Positions 11,790-23,606 of a stretch of 53,542 nucleotides of DNA are shown in pieces (the stretch's first letter is position 1; each line of letters begins with the position of its first letter). The notes beneath the pieces are model-generated. The model was not told where the DNA came from and did not search any database. It saw only the letters and a program-made list of their open reading frames with translations. The translations under genes were made by a program, and so were the position numbers. The DNA lies in the NCBI RefSeq assembly GCF_004010195.1, contig NC_057755.1:10325989-10379530 (forward strand). The letters are read 5' to 3'. The stretch is from Chiloscyllium plagiosum (Eukaryota).

Positions 11790-13660
11790 AACCATGTTGC
11801 TGGAAAACTACAGCAGGTAAGGAACAGAGAGAAGACATTTCGGACACAAGCCCTTTATCAGGAAAGTATGGAGAGCAGAAAGATAAATAGGAGGGATGTT
11901 GGGCTCAGTGGAAGGTAACTTGGAAGGAGATAGGTAGATGCATGTGGGAGTGATGGTGATAGTTTGGAGTAGAGTGTGGAGTGGTTAGGTGATAAGGAAG
12001 ATGGACAGTTCAAGGAGCCGGTGCCAATTTGAAGTGTTAGGTCTGGGATGAGGTGAAGGAGGGGAGATGAAGAAACTGGTGAAATTAACATTGCTGCCAT
12101 ATGATTGGAGTGTCCCATGGTATAGGATGAGGTGTTCTTCCTCCAGGAATCGAGTGGCTAGTTGAGGTGGCCCAGGATTTGCAAGTCTTTGGTGGAGTAG
12201 CAGGGGGAGCTGAACCCACGACATCGCGAACATCACGCAGAACTTCACTTCCATCTCCACAAAGGCAACTGAATGCATCGTATCCACCTCATGATCCCCA
12301 TTGTGTGTGTCACTTATTGTGGTGACGTCACCCACGATATCACGACTACACCTAGTCCAGAGACAGTCTCCGCCACCAACTTCAACTTTACACCAGCTCC
12401 TAGCTCTCAGCCTGCCGTGTTTTAACCATTCTCCCAAATCTCTCCCTCACTGAGGATGAGTGATCAGTACGCAGTAAAAGTCTCACCTTCATACCGCTAT
12501 GCTCCTAGGTCATGAAATTCCACGTGTTGCAACATTTTTTTTTTCTTCTCCTGCCTCCATGCTTATGTTTTTCATCAGCGCTACCGCCCACCTTCCGCGA
12601 ACCCTTTCTCCAGCCTCCAACACACTCCTTCTGTGAACCGCTTTCAATCTTTTCAACTCCAACTGCCACCGTGACATTGACCACCTAAATCTTTCTACTC
12701 CTCTCATCCAATCCAACCCTGCACTCTCGTAACACACAGCCTTCCGCTCCCTCCCCAATCTGTACACCGCTGAAGTCAAGGGCCCACTCTTGGACACTTC
12801 CTCCCACTACCCCCTTGACTATAAACTCACCTCCCATCACCAATCCAAGATTTCCAACTATCCACAACCATTACCTCAGGAGATCTCCCATCCACAGCTT
12901 TCAATCTCATTGTCAGGGAAACCCGCACCACACAGTTCTACGTCCTACCCAAACTTCACAAGCCTTATTGCTGTGGTGCACTGACCATCTCCGCCTGCTT
13001 CACCAAACATATTTCCTCATGGCTTGACACCATCCTGTCCCCCTCTGTCCAGGAACTCAATACATATCTTCAAGACACTACTCATGCATTCCACATCCAT
13101 GAATTCTGTTTCTCAGCACCCCACGCATCATCTATACAATTTCCATGCAGTCCCTGCACACATCCAAATGCCATGATTAAGGTCTCCAAGCCACCTGTTT
13201 CTTTCTCTCCCGCTGATCCAACCTGTACCCCTCCGCCAACAGACTCGTTCAATCGGCTGAACTGATTCTCACCATCAAAAACTTCGCGTCCGAACCTTCC
13301 CACTTCCTTCAGTCCACAGGTTAGCCATGGGCACCCGCATGTAACCCCGCTATGCCTGCCTCTTCAACTGATGCATGGAACATCCCATCGTCTGCAATTA
13401 CACTGACACTACTCCCCATCTTTTTCTCTGCTCCATCTATTATTTAACGATGCTACGTTCTGCTCCTGCAGGGAGGTTGAAAAGTTCATCAACATCACGA
13501 ACACATTCCACCCTGACCTCAAGTTCCCATGGACCATCTACACCTTCCCTTGCCGACGCAAGAGTTGTAAAACCTGCGCTCACAACTCTCCCTCACCTCC
13601 GGTAAAGGCCTCAAAGGACCTTTTCACACTCGACAGAGATTTTACTGATCATTCAAACAC
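11790..13660. mobile_element. PLE remnant: inverted 3' piece (~11790-12225, minus) joined to RT body (~12300-13660, plus)
   Basis: The minus part encodes LEEEHLILYHGTLQSYGSNVNFTSF (PLE endonuclease tail). The plus part aligns by eye with the PLE at 50930-53270. Confidence 0.8.
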
Positions 13661-13661
13661 C

Positions 13662-14287
13662 TCAGGCGTAGGCTGCCCCTGGTGGTGAGGTAAATACGTC
13701 TTCACTTGCACTGCAACCCCAGTGCACCTTGTCGATGATTTGCCAAAGTTCAAATGCAAAGAGAAATAGAATGTTCTTTATCTCAATCATGAAAGTGAAT
13801 GTTTTTGCAAAGGTGACTGCAGTTTTCTGGGTGTAATGGCTTGTTCTAAACTTTTCACAGTTGATAATTGTAAGCCTGTCAAATGTGAAGCTGACAGTGA
13901 ATAAAATGGACAAAACAATGGTGACGGTGGTTAGCTTGCACAGAGGAGTGGGGGCTAATAATGAAAATGGTAGAAGTAAATCTGAAAATATGATGTAACA
14001 TCACATTCATGAGCATCACCAATAGATCTGCTGTTGCCATGGCCACCATGTTGACAGAGATACATTTGGAAAGGCCATAGTTTCCTTTGAAAAGAATCAC
14101 AATTGTCATCAGGTTTACTGTAGAAACAAAGAAAGAAAAACACAATTGCTCAAATACCTTGTTAAAATAATCTATCAATCGACATTTAAAAGATGCATGA
14201 GTTCAAAATGCTCACCAGGAACACCAAAGGCAGTGAGAATTGGGAATAATTTGTTTTTTTTATCAACAGAATAACTGGATGTCCAAT
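13662..14287 (-). pseudogene. GPR139/GPR142-like class A GPCR pseudogene, copy 1 (exon 1 14287-14216, exon 2 from 14117; truncated after ECL2 by a PLE)
   Basis: FPILTAFGVP|VNLMTIVILFKGNYGLSKCISVNMVAMATADLLV and FTVSFTFDRLTIINCEKFRTSHYTQKTA. GT-AG intron at 14215-14118. Start codon reads ATT; several frameshifts. Confidence 0.88.
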
Positions 14288-14352
14288 TTTTTTTTTGATT
14301 AGAATATAATTCTATTTTAGCTCTAATACTCTGGTTGATGAAAAAATCTGTG

Positions 14353-14358
14353 TTTATA
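14353..14358 (-). promoter_or_regulatory. Putative TATA box of GPCR copy 1
   Basis: TATAAA in the context gaagcatctataaaca, homologous to aaagcttctataaata upstream of copy 2. Confidence 0.4.
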
Positions 14359-15097
14359 GATGCTTCAATCCTACAAGTCAATCATTTAAAGTTACGCTTG
14401 GTGATAACTACGATTATGCAACACATGAATTTAGGTAGGTTGTTATGTTTGATACACCCGGCTGTAGAATAAAATATACAACAGTGTTTATTCAGCAAAT
14501 TACAATCCTCGTGCTGTTGCTAAACCTGTTCCTACAGGACAGCTAACAGCAGCTGCAGAGAGCCTTATCGTTACAAACTGGAGACCCTACATTCCAAGTG
14601 AGGTGATAGTTTCAGAGGCAGTGAAGTAAATCCGAACAAACCTGTGTGTAACCCGAAGCTACAATACAAATAATGAATGATATCCTCTGATTAATGATAT
14701 GTTTCACTTAGACTTGAGCTGACCATGTCCGCTTCTCAGTAACTTACACTTACAATAGGGGTCAACATAACCCTCCAGAACATCTGGCACTCAAACTCAC
14801 ATCAGATCTAAGCATGCAGATCTTGTCCCACTGCTGCTATAAATCACATCTGACCATGTTTTTCCAATTGTGCTCGTGCTAAACAAATAATGAACGTGAC
14901 CATTGTCTAGTACCCATGATATCCTATGCTATCCGATGTGACTGCATTTCTCAGATATGAGGAGTGTGATGCATTAACATGAGAAAGGCAAAAGTGAAAA
15001 CAAATGCCAACAGACAAACAATTGCACTAAAAGTCCAAGTGAACTGCAACAATTGTTTTACGTGCCATCCTTATGTCTAAATTTTCACAAGAATAAA

Positions 15098-16866
15098 AGA
15101 GTCATCGAGATGTGCACCATGGAAGCTGACCCTTCCATCCAAACCATCCATGCCGACCGTATCCCAACCCAATGTAGTCCCTCCTGCAGGCACCCGGCCC
15201 ATATCCCTCCAAACCCTTCCTGTTCACGTACCCAGAGTTTAGATTAGAGTGGTGCTGGAAAAGCACAGCAGTTCAAGCAGCATCTGAGGAGCAGTAAAAT
15301 TGATGTTTCAGGCAAAATCCCTTCATCAGGAATACATCATCAGGAATCAGTATTCCTGATGAAGGGCTTTTGCCCAAAACGTCGATGTTACTGATCCTCA
15401 GATGCTGCCTGACCTGCTGTGCTTTTCTAGCATCATTCTAATGTAAACTCTGGTTTCCAGCATCTGCAGTCATGGTTTTTACCTTGTTCATATACCCATC
15501 CAAATGCCTCTTAAATGATGCAATTGTCCCAGCCTCCATCACTTCCTCTGGCAGCACATTCCATACATGTACCATACTCTGCGTGAAAAAGTTGCCCCTT
15601 AGGTCTCTTTAACATCTTTCCCCTTTCACCCTAAACCTATGCTCTCTCGTTCCGGACTCACTCACCCAAGGTAAAAGACTCTGTCTATTTATCCTATCCA
15701 CGCTGCTCATAATTTTGCAAAACTCTATAATATAACCCCTCAGCCTCCGACGCTCCAGCAAAATAACACTAGCATATTCAACCTCTCCCTATATCTCAAA
15801 TCCTCCAAAACTGACAACATCCTTGAATCTTTTCTGAACTGTTTCACGTTTCACAGCATCTTTCCTAAAGGAAGGAGACCAGCATTGCATGCAATAATCC
15901 AACAGTGGCCTACCCAATTACTTGTACAGACGCAACATGACCTCCCAACTCCTGTACTCAATACTCTGAGCAATAAAGGAAACATATCAAATGTCTTCTT
16001 GACTATCCTGTTTACCTGCAACTCCACTTTCAAGGAGCTTTGAAACTGCACTCTAAGGTCTCCTTGTTCAGCAACACTCCCTAGGACCTTACCGTTAAGT
16101 TTATAAGTCCTGCTAAGATTTGCTTTCCCAAAATGCCACACCTCACATTTATCTGAATTAAACTCCATCTGCCACTTTTCAGCCCATTGGCCCATCTGTT
16201 CCAGATCCTGTTGTAATCTGAGCTAACCTTCTTTGCTGTCCAATACACCTCCAAATTTGGTGTCATCTGCAAACTTACAAACTATAACTCTTATGTTCGC
16301 ATCCAAATCATTTCTATAATGTCAAAAAGTAGAGGACTCAGCACGGATCCTTGTGGCACTCCACTGGTCACAGGCGTCCAGTCTGAAAAGCAACCCTCCA
16401 CCACCACCACCCTCTGTCTTCTACCTTTGAGCCAGTTCTCTATCCAATTGGCTAGAACTCCCTTTATTCCATGAGACCTAACCTTGCTAACCAGTCTCCC
16501 ATGGGGAACCTTGTAGAACGCCTTAGTGAAGTCCATATAGATCACATCTACCGCTCTTCCCTCCTCAATCTTCTTTGTTACTTCCTCAAAAACTCAATCA
16601 AGTTTGTGAGACATGATTTCCCATGCACAACGCCATCTTGACGATCCCTAATCAGACCTTGAATTTCCATTTACATGTACATTCTGTCCCTCAGGAATTC
16701 CTCCAACAACTTGCCGTCCACCGACGTCAGGCTGAATGGTCTATAGTTCCTGGCGTGTCTTTATCGCCCTTTCTAAATAGTGGCACTACGTTCGCCAGCC
16801 TCCAGCCTTCCAGCATCTCACCTGTGACTATCGATGATACACATATCTCCGCAAGAAGCCCAGCAA
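15098..16866 (-). mobile_element. CR1 LINE, 3' half of ORF2 (RT), decayed
   Basis: WRLANVVPLFRKG, IYMDFTKAFYKVPHGRL, GVPQGSVLSPLLF, WAEKWQMEFNSDKCEV. Confidence 0.95.
15234..15484. mobile_element. Fold-back element of inverted PLE terminal repeats inside the CR1 tail
   Basis: Arms ~15232-15334 and ~15349-15452 are reverse complements. Imperfect TSD tgttcacgtaccc / tgttcatataccc (15221-15233, 15485-15497). Mutated hammerhead cores in both arms. Confidence 0.88.
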
Positions 16867-16950
16867 TAATAGGAATTGAACAATCACATTTGCTGATAAT
16901 GACTAAAATGGATTTTAAAATGCGTTGTTTTATATTTTGTACAGAATTAC

Positions 16951-17041
16951 TGTCAACACTGTCTGTATTTTGCAATGCTTTTCATGCAGAATGCCAGGGA
17001 GACTTTGCACTCCCAAATCGTCCAGTTTATTCATGCTGAGA
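16951..17041 (-). pseudogene. RI-type LRR exon of the NLR pseudogene
   Basis: tag|t acceptor, LSMNKLDDLGVQSLPGILHEKHCKIQTV fits LxxNxLGDxGVxxL...CKIQxL. Acceptor phase matches the NACHT exon donor; the 3' boundary is uncertain. Confidence 0.8.
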
Positions 17042-17329
17042 CTAGTAAGGAATAATAAGAAAATATCACAGGTAAAAAATAAGTAGGAGTTCAAATATTT
17101 TGTTATTATGGTTTGGAGATTCAGAATATGAATAAAGAACATGTAATTTATGTTTAATCATATGGCTTGTATTAAATTTGTTTTGGTTTAAGAATATTAC
17201 TGACCCCGAGAGATGGCTAAATCTGGATTGTAATTTCATATTTGCCATACTTTACAATAAATGATGTGCATAATGTGCTACAAAGTAAGACAGATGCACA
17301 AAGGTATTGATGTTGAAACCCAATCTGAA

Positions 17330-17775
17330 GTGTAAGAGGGAACAGCAAGTATTCCTTATTGATTGTCTTCGGTATTAGAAACGTTTAAAATTGGATTTCC
17401 TCATGGAATTTATTAGGAGTACTGATTCTCTTCAAATGTGTTAATGACCTAGAGTTTGGTGGTCAGGGAAAAAGAATTCTAACAAAGAATTTCCATTGAT
17501 TTGTAATTCTAGAACAATAAGCATAATCTGTGAACTAGGGCCGGACCATTCAGGAGAGATGTCAGGGAGCACGTCTATACGCAAAGAGTGGTAGATATTC
17601 GTAACAATCTTCCACTAATAGCAGTGAATGTTACACCAGTTGTTATTTTTAACTCTGAGATTGATCAATTTTTGTTGAGCAAATGTACTAATGATTAAGG
17701 GTCCGAATTAGGATAATGGAGTTAGGCCACAAGTCAGCCATTGAATTGCCTACTCCTGTTCCAATATTCCTTTGA
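17330..17775 (+). mobile_element. Highly degenerate CR1 3' remnant
   Basis: accattcaggagagatgtcagg...caaagagtggtaga...gagattgatcaatttttgttgagc...gcctactcctgttcc resembles the other CR1 tails. Confidence 0.55.
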
Positions 17776-18287
17776 TTTTCAAAACTTACCAAAATAGCAA
17801 TCAGAGTCTATTCGTGTCATTGGATGCTATCGGTTAATCACAATGATTGTGGATGAAACTATGTCACAGAAAACCTCCGATCTTTTCTCATCCTATTTCC
17901 CTGAAATTGGCTATAGATTTGGATACCTTGGCAATACATTTGATCATCTTCCGAAGACTGTCTTCTTGGTAGCTTCTAGAACTCTATGCTATGCTCAATG
18001 TGCCTGAGAAAAGTGGTTAAATCAATGAATCAGGCGGGGTTTTAAGTGTTTGCAAGATTTGAATGTGTCATTGTTAAAATCTGTTTACAAGCAGATCATT
18101 GCACGAAGTGGCATTATACCGAAGGTTTGGTTGTGTTTATTGATTTCAGTCCATCATGATTCCATGAAAGTATTACAAAACACTGTCTTTAATTCATCTA
18201 ACAGAGGCCATTTATAAATATTGCCCCAAATGTCTGTGCCATCACTTTATGATGTCATAATGTTATTAAATAATTGTGTTGCATTAC

Positions 18288-19987
18288 CTGAGTACCTCAC
18301 ATTTCCGTAACACTGACTCCAGCTAGTGGATACCCTCATTTCCTATCCCACAATTGTCAAGATCCAGCTCCTCAATCTCCTGAACCATCATTAAGGCTTT
18401 TGATAAAACAGTACAGTCAAAGGATTGAAGATAGTATTTTGTAAATTGGAATGTCTTCACCGGAGTTAAGACATCTTTTAGCAGCATGGCATCTCCAACT
18501 TCAAAGGAGACAATACAATATTTCAAGGAGACCTTTTGGTTTCTCTCACTTTCCAAGTTGTGCACATAACTGCTGATTTTTTCTTTCAGCCAGTCTGACA
18601 CATTTGAAGCTATTTCAGAGTGTAGTTCCCCCCAGTCAAAAACCATTCTGTTTCACTGAATTTGGTGATGAGAGGCCAATGAAAAAAACGGTAAAAAAAT
18701 TTAAACCTGTCGTCCATGCAGTTGTACCATTCACTAAGAGTTGTTTTCACTTGGTCAACTGGTGTATTTTGACATTTAAACAGGGCAGCAACAAAATCCT
18801 TCAAAATGGGGTAAATGGAAACGTAGCCAATACCATCATTGTCTTGAATTTCCATCATAAACCCCGAGATCCAGTTGGACATAAGGAGCTGGTGCTGGTT
18901 GAATTGGCCTCTTTTAAACACAATGGCAAATTCCCCAGTAGGCCAAAATACACAATTTCAAAATCATCTCGTGAACAATAACATCTTCATAATAACCTTT
19001 TTCATAGAACAAGTGACATAAGTGAGGAGAACACTCGTACAGGTTGTGAATGCTGGTATCTGAGGTTCTTCTTTCTGCTGGGCTTCCAGTATTGAACACA
19101 GAACCGAGCAGAAGCCGGGAATATAGCACATGGTGTATAACATTTCATTCTGCTCAATATAATCCAAAAGATTTGAAGCAAGCTCTCCAGCTACACAGCA
19201 GCGCTGAAAATATTGTTTCCTGCTCTCTGCACTGAAGCCCAGGATATGGCAACTTGATTTAAGCCGACTTTCCCAAGAGTCTGCAGTTTCCATGGGGAAC
19301 TTGTTCCCAACACTGAGCAGCCTTTCAGCAATTGCCATTTTCTAAGACTGCACACAATGTGGGATATTTCACACAAATGTTCAGGCCCGAAACTCTGAGA
19401 TCCATCATCATTGGCACTTGGCATCTCGGTAAAATCGAGGAGTTTCTGGAAAAGATCCAAGTCATCGAATATGAACACTACTTTCACTGGTTTGTTCCAC
19501 AGAAACTCTAAGTAGTTTGTGAAATTGGGAAAGAAATGTAATATCAGTTCATTTAAGCAGGTTTCCACTTCGATGGAATTCAATTGCTGCACTTTAAATG
19601 GAAAAATCACATCAATATATCGATACATTTCATCTGCTGTGCAGCCATGTATTATTTTCTGTATTGTGGTACTTTTTCCAAAACCTGACGGTCCAATGAT
19701 GAAAATGGTCCCAGCGCATCCTGTCTGATTACAATGATTTCTCAGTAACCTATCTAACGGTATTTCTTCCCGATGATTTTGCTCAGCTTTCCTCCACAAT
19801 TCTCCACCTGCCGTACTCCTGGTCTTCAGTGAATTGTCTGTGTGTTCCTGCTCACCCAGTGAAGGCACAATAGTTACTTTGGTATATCTTTCACTCAGTG
19901 GAAATCTCCGAATTCTTCTGTTTTCTCCTGTGATTGTTAGATTCTCGTTCTTTTTGCGAAGGTAATCTTTGTGCTGCCGTTTTATAT
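18288..19987 (-). pseudogene. Large NACHT exon of an NLRP/NLRC3-like NOD-like receptor pseudogene
   Basis: tttag|AT acceptor, DIKRQHKDYLR start, Walker A GPSGFGKST, Walker B VVFIFDDLD, ILGFSAESRKQYF, LYTMCYIPGFCSVLC, ILKDFVAAL, EELDLDNCGIGNEGI, donor AG|gtaatg. At least four frameshifts and a TAG at 18325-18323. Confidence 0.93.
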
Positions 19988-20744
19988 CTAAATTAAAATA
20001 TTCAGCAAGTTTACCATCACCACACATATTGGCACTATTTATCAGAATGATACAATGAAGAACATGCTAACCAATAAATTACAGAAATGTCATTCAGAAA
20101 GAAACACGTTGCAGTTGTTTTTGTGCCGATCTCTGTAATTGTGAAACTCGTGTTGCATTGCTCAACTGATTTAATCTAATTATTTCACAGAGTCAGGTAC
20201 TGGAATCGTGGTAATCTTACTGGGCTAGTGATCCAGAACCCCAGCCTGTTACTGCAACCTTTATCCTGAAAACCTTTCTTGAGCAAGGCTGCAAATTTTG
20301 TTATTCTCCAAACTCTGGCCCTTGCCCTGACTCCAGGAAGGCTGAAAGTTTAAGGCCAGTGTCCCTTCAGTTCTCACTGTCACTACCTTTAATATGCCTG
20401 AATGGACTTCACCAGGTCGTGATGCCTTTTTCATGTTAACAATCAATAGTCCGTTCAACACTCCTTCCTCATCAATTTTAAATACCTCTCATGACAAAGT
20501 TAATTCCTCTGTCACAGGCTCCTTTGGAATATTCTGCAGAAGTTGTGATTAGTCTTGTTTTCTATTGGATGCTCTTGCCTCCCGTTTGCTAGTTCCTTTG
20601 TTTATTGACCTGGGCGGTGTATTTATTCCCAAAGATTTAACACTGTGCAAAACCTCCCATTCTATATAATCCACATTACATTACCTACGTGAGTCAGATT
20701 TCCATCGAGAGAATTACCTGCCTCTCGATATTTATTTAAGACAG

Positions 20745-21568
20745 TACAAAGGCTGGCGTGAGGAAGTTACACCAGTATCTTTATGGATATCATTGTATCG
20801 ATCACAAATCTCTGCTCGTGCTACTGAAGGAAAACAAGATGATGCAGCTTCCAGTCAAATTCAACGTTGGATCCTTATTCTCAGCGCCTACAAGGACAAG
20901 TTTGAACACCGTCCTGGAGCCAAGTGGCTATTATAGATGATTTGGGCCCCCTCCCAGTGACAGATATTCACCCCGTTGGGGTCTTCCTTTGAAGAATCTG
21001 CTTTAGCTCAATGTTTCTGGATGCACGTCCACCCACTATGAACATTATCTGACTGTGGACACAAGAAGGTCCTGTCCTGTGGACAGAAGCAGCTGAGGGG
21101 CAAGTGTGATCGTCTCAAGTAATGGCCACCACCAGATACTGGCTGATCCTGCCAGGATTATCCAGGGATTTCCAAGATGGAGATGCTGGTGAGGAGCTAT
21201 TGTGGCCAGGATTGGATGCCAACGGAGCTGTGTTGGTGGGATAGTGCCCCGAGTGCCAACAACGACATGAATTGTCACCAACAGTACCCCGACATTCATG
21301 GGAATGTCGGGGAACACCCTGGACACATTGGCTATGCTGATCCTTTCATTGGCTCAATGTTCCTGGTCATTGCAGATGGTCATTCAAAAATGTTGGACGT
21401 GCGAACGATTCGTTCACCAAACGCAGGGGTAATGATTGACAAGGTGCAAGCATGGTTCGTGATACACGGATCCTCGGAAGTATGAGCCACTGACAAGGGA
21501 ATGTCACTTACCATCAGGAATTTTGAAAATTTCCTAAAGTCAAATGGCATTCAGCACATAAGGACAGC
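20745..21568 (+). mobile_element. Ty3/Gypsy pol remnant (RNase H to integrase)
   Basis: VRKLHQYLYG..IDHKSL, YPGISKMEMLVRSY, IGYADPFIGSMFLVIADGHSKMLDV, EFENFLKSNGIQHIRTA-like motifs, with frameshifts. Confidence 0.85.
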
Positions 21569-22290
21569 TTTGAGAGTGTGATCCTGGAAAAGCACAGCAG
21601 GTCAAGCAGCATCTGAGGGTCAGGAGAATTGACGTTTCGGGCATAAGCCCTTCATCAGGAATGAGGCCTGTGGGCCAGGGAAGCAGACAGATAAATAGGA
21701 GGGTGGCGGGTTTGGGGGGAAGGCAGCTGAAAATGAATAGGTAGATGAAGGTGAGGGAGAAGGGGAGAGGTCCGAGAGGAGAATGAACGGAATAGATGGG
21801 AACGGTGATGGACAGGTCAGAAGGCAGACTTGCAACTCGGAAAATGCTGGGGGAAGGGAAATGAGGAAACTGTTGAAATCTACATTGACCCCATGTGGTT
21901 GAATGGTCCCAAGGCGGAATATGAGGGGTTCCTCCTCCAGGCATCAGGTGGTAATGGTTTGGTGGTGGAGGAGACCCAGGAATTGCATGTCCTTGATGGA
22001 GTAGGAGGGGGTGGTGAAGTGTTCAGCAACAGGGCAGTGGAGTTGGGTGGTTCAGGCATCCCGGAAATGTTCTCTGAAACGATTTGCAAGTAGGAATCCT
22101 GTCTCCCTGATGTAGAGGAGACCAAGTTGGATTCAACGGATACATGAGGTGACATCGATGGACGTACAGGTGAATTTCTGTCAGATGTGAAAGGATCCTC
22201 TGGGGCCTTGGACCGAGGTAAGGGGGATGGTGTAGGTGCAGGTTTTGCACTTCCTGCATTGGCAGGGGAGTTTGCTTGGATTGTGGTGTT
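21569..22290 (-). mobile_element. PLE 3' part (GIY-YIG and terminal repeat)
   Basis: Reverse complement of the same family as 52800-53250. Hammerhead core at 21626-21663. Confidence 0.85.
21626..21663 (-). ncRNA. Minimal hammerhead ribozyme-like motif
   Basis: Minus strand: CATTC CTGATGA A GGGC-TTAT-GCCC GAAA CGTC AATTC. Core is intact; stem I is weak. Confidence 0.7.
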
Positions 22291-22297
22291 GACTGGT

Positions 22298-22631
22298 GGG
22301 TGTCCGTGAAGACAGAGCAGAGGGTGTCTACGAACACCCTTGCACTGCTCAGGGATGGTGGACAACACGGGGAGTGGAATGTAGTATTTCCCCTTCCAAC
22401 TCTATTTTGATTCATCCCTGGCGTCCACTTCCCTTCGTTGGTCACCCAGCATTGCCCTTTGATGTGAAGGGCACTGGTTGTCACTGGCCACTTACTTCAT
22501 GGTGGTGAATAAATATTAATGCACTCATTGTTATTCACTGTGTCCTACACCTGCACACACACAACATGGGTGCTGGGAATAAATAATCTCGACTGCTGTT
22601 TGGCAATAGTGTGGAGATTTACAAAAAAAAA
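22298..22631 (+). mobile_element. L1/Tx1-clade 3' end fragment
   Basis: GVECSISPSNSILI matches the C-terminus of ORF 10375-10833. Shares the 3' UTR gccctttgatgtgaagg; ends in an A-run at 22623-22631. Confidence 0.8.
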
Positions 22632-22822
22632 TGAAGAAAATAAAAAATCTTATTTATAATCAGGCAATCTCATCAGTTTTGGACTGACTCCAAGCTGGCT
22701 AGCCACAGCCAGTGTACTGTGGGGAAGAAATCAGTTATCTTCCATTTTTGTATTATGTTTTTGTGTTTCTGGGTGTCCTTTCTTTAATTGGACTGTATTC
22801 AGCTGCGCAAAGCAGTCTCCAT

Positions 22823-23195
22823 CACCACTGCTGCAGCCTGAGCCTGACACCACTTCTGCAGTCTGGGCCTGACCCCACTCCTGTAGCCTTGGCCTGACTC
22901 CACTGCTGCAGCCTGGGCCTGACCCCACAGCTGTAGCCTGAGCCTGACTCCACTGCTGCAGTCTGGCCCTGACTCCATTGCTGCAATCTGGGTCCGAAAC
23001 CACTTCTGCAGTCTGTGCCTGACTCCACTGCTGCAGCCTGGCCCTGACACAACTGCAGCAGAATGCACCTGATGCCACTGCAGATGCCTGGAGCTGACAA
23101 CACTGCTGCAGCCTGGGCCTTACCCCACTGCTGCGCCCTGGCCTTCCTCCAGTGCCATAGCCTGGGGATGACCCCACGATTGCAATCAGGACTTA
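22823..23195. repeat. 25-bp minisatellite, ~15 diverged copies
   Basis: Head-to-tail units with consensus ctccactgctgcagcctgggcctga. Confidence 0.92.
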
Positions 23196-23606
23196 GAGTA
23201 AAAAATCGAAAAAGGAAGAGCATATCTGATACAGAAAACTCCCGGATGTCCCCGGAGATGAAGCACAAGGTTTCCGTGCCAATGACATTTTATGAGACTC
23301 CGTGTCCACAAAGAGGAATCGCTGGGCAGCTCAATCCCGATTCAACAGGGGGTGGCTTCACCTCTGGAGGGTCAGTCCTTGCACTGGGTGGGAACATAGC
23401 CAGGAATGGTGGTGCGAACAGACCTGTCACATAGAATTCAATGTTCATGGATGTGGCAGGCTAGTCTGTATTGTGTCTGTGGGGCAGTTCTCCCAACATT
23501 GGCAAAGGTCCTGATCTTTGTTTTGGAGGGATTTTCAGTATCAATCTCGGAGTCTCATTTGATACCAGTTAATTCAACGAGTTTATTACCATTAATTACA
23601 ATTAAG

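Noticed and set aside
13662..13680. Stop codon at the same position in both GPCR copies, suggesting a shared ancestral lesion
   Set aside because: Copy 1 has TGA at the PLE junction and copy 2 has TAG, so independent origins are more likely.
22823..23195. CRISPR-like array
   Set aside because: Units are head-to-tail with no unique spacers, the context is eukaryotic and there are no cas genes. It is a minisatellite.
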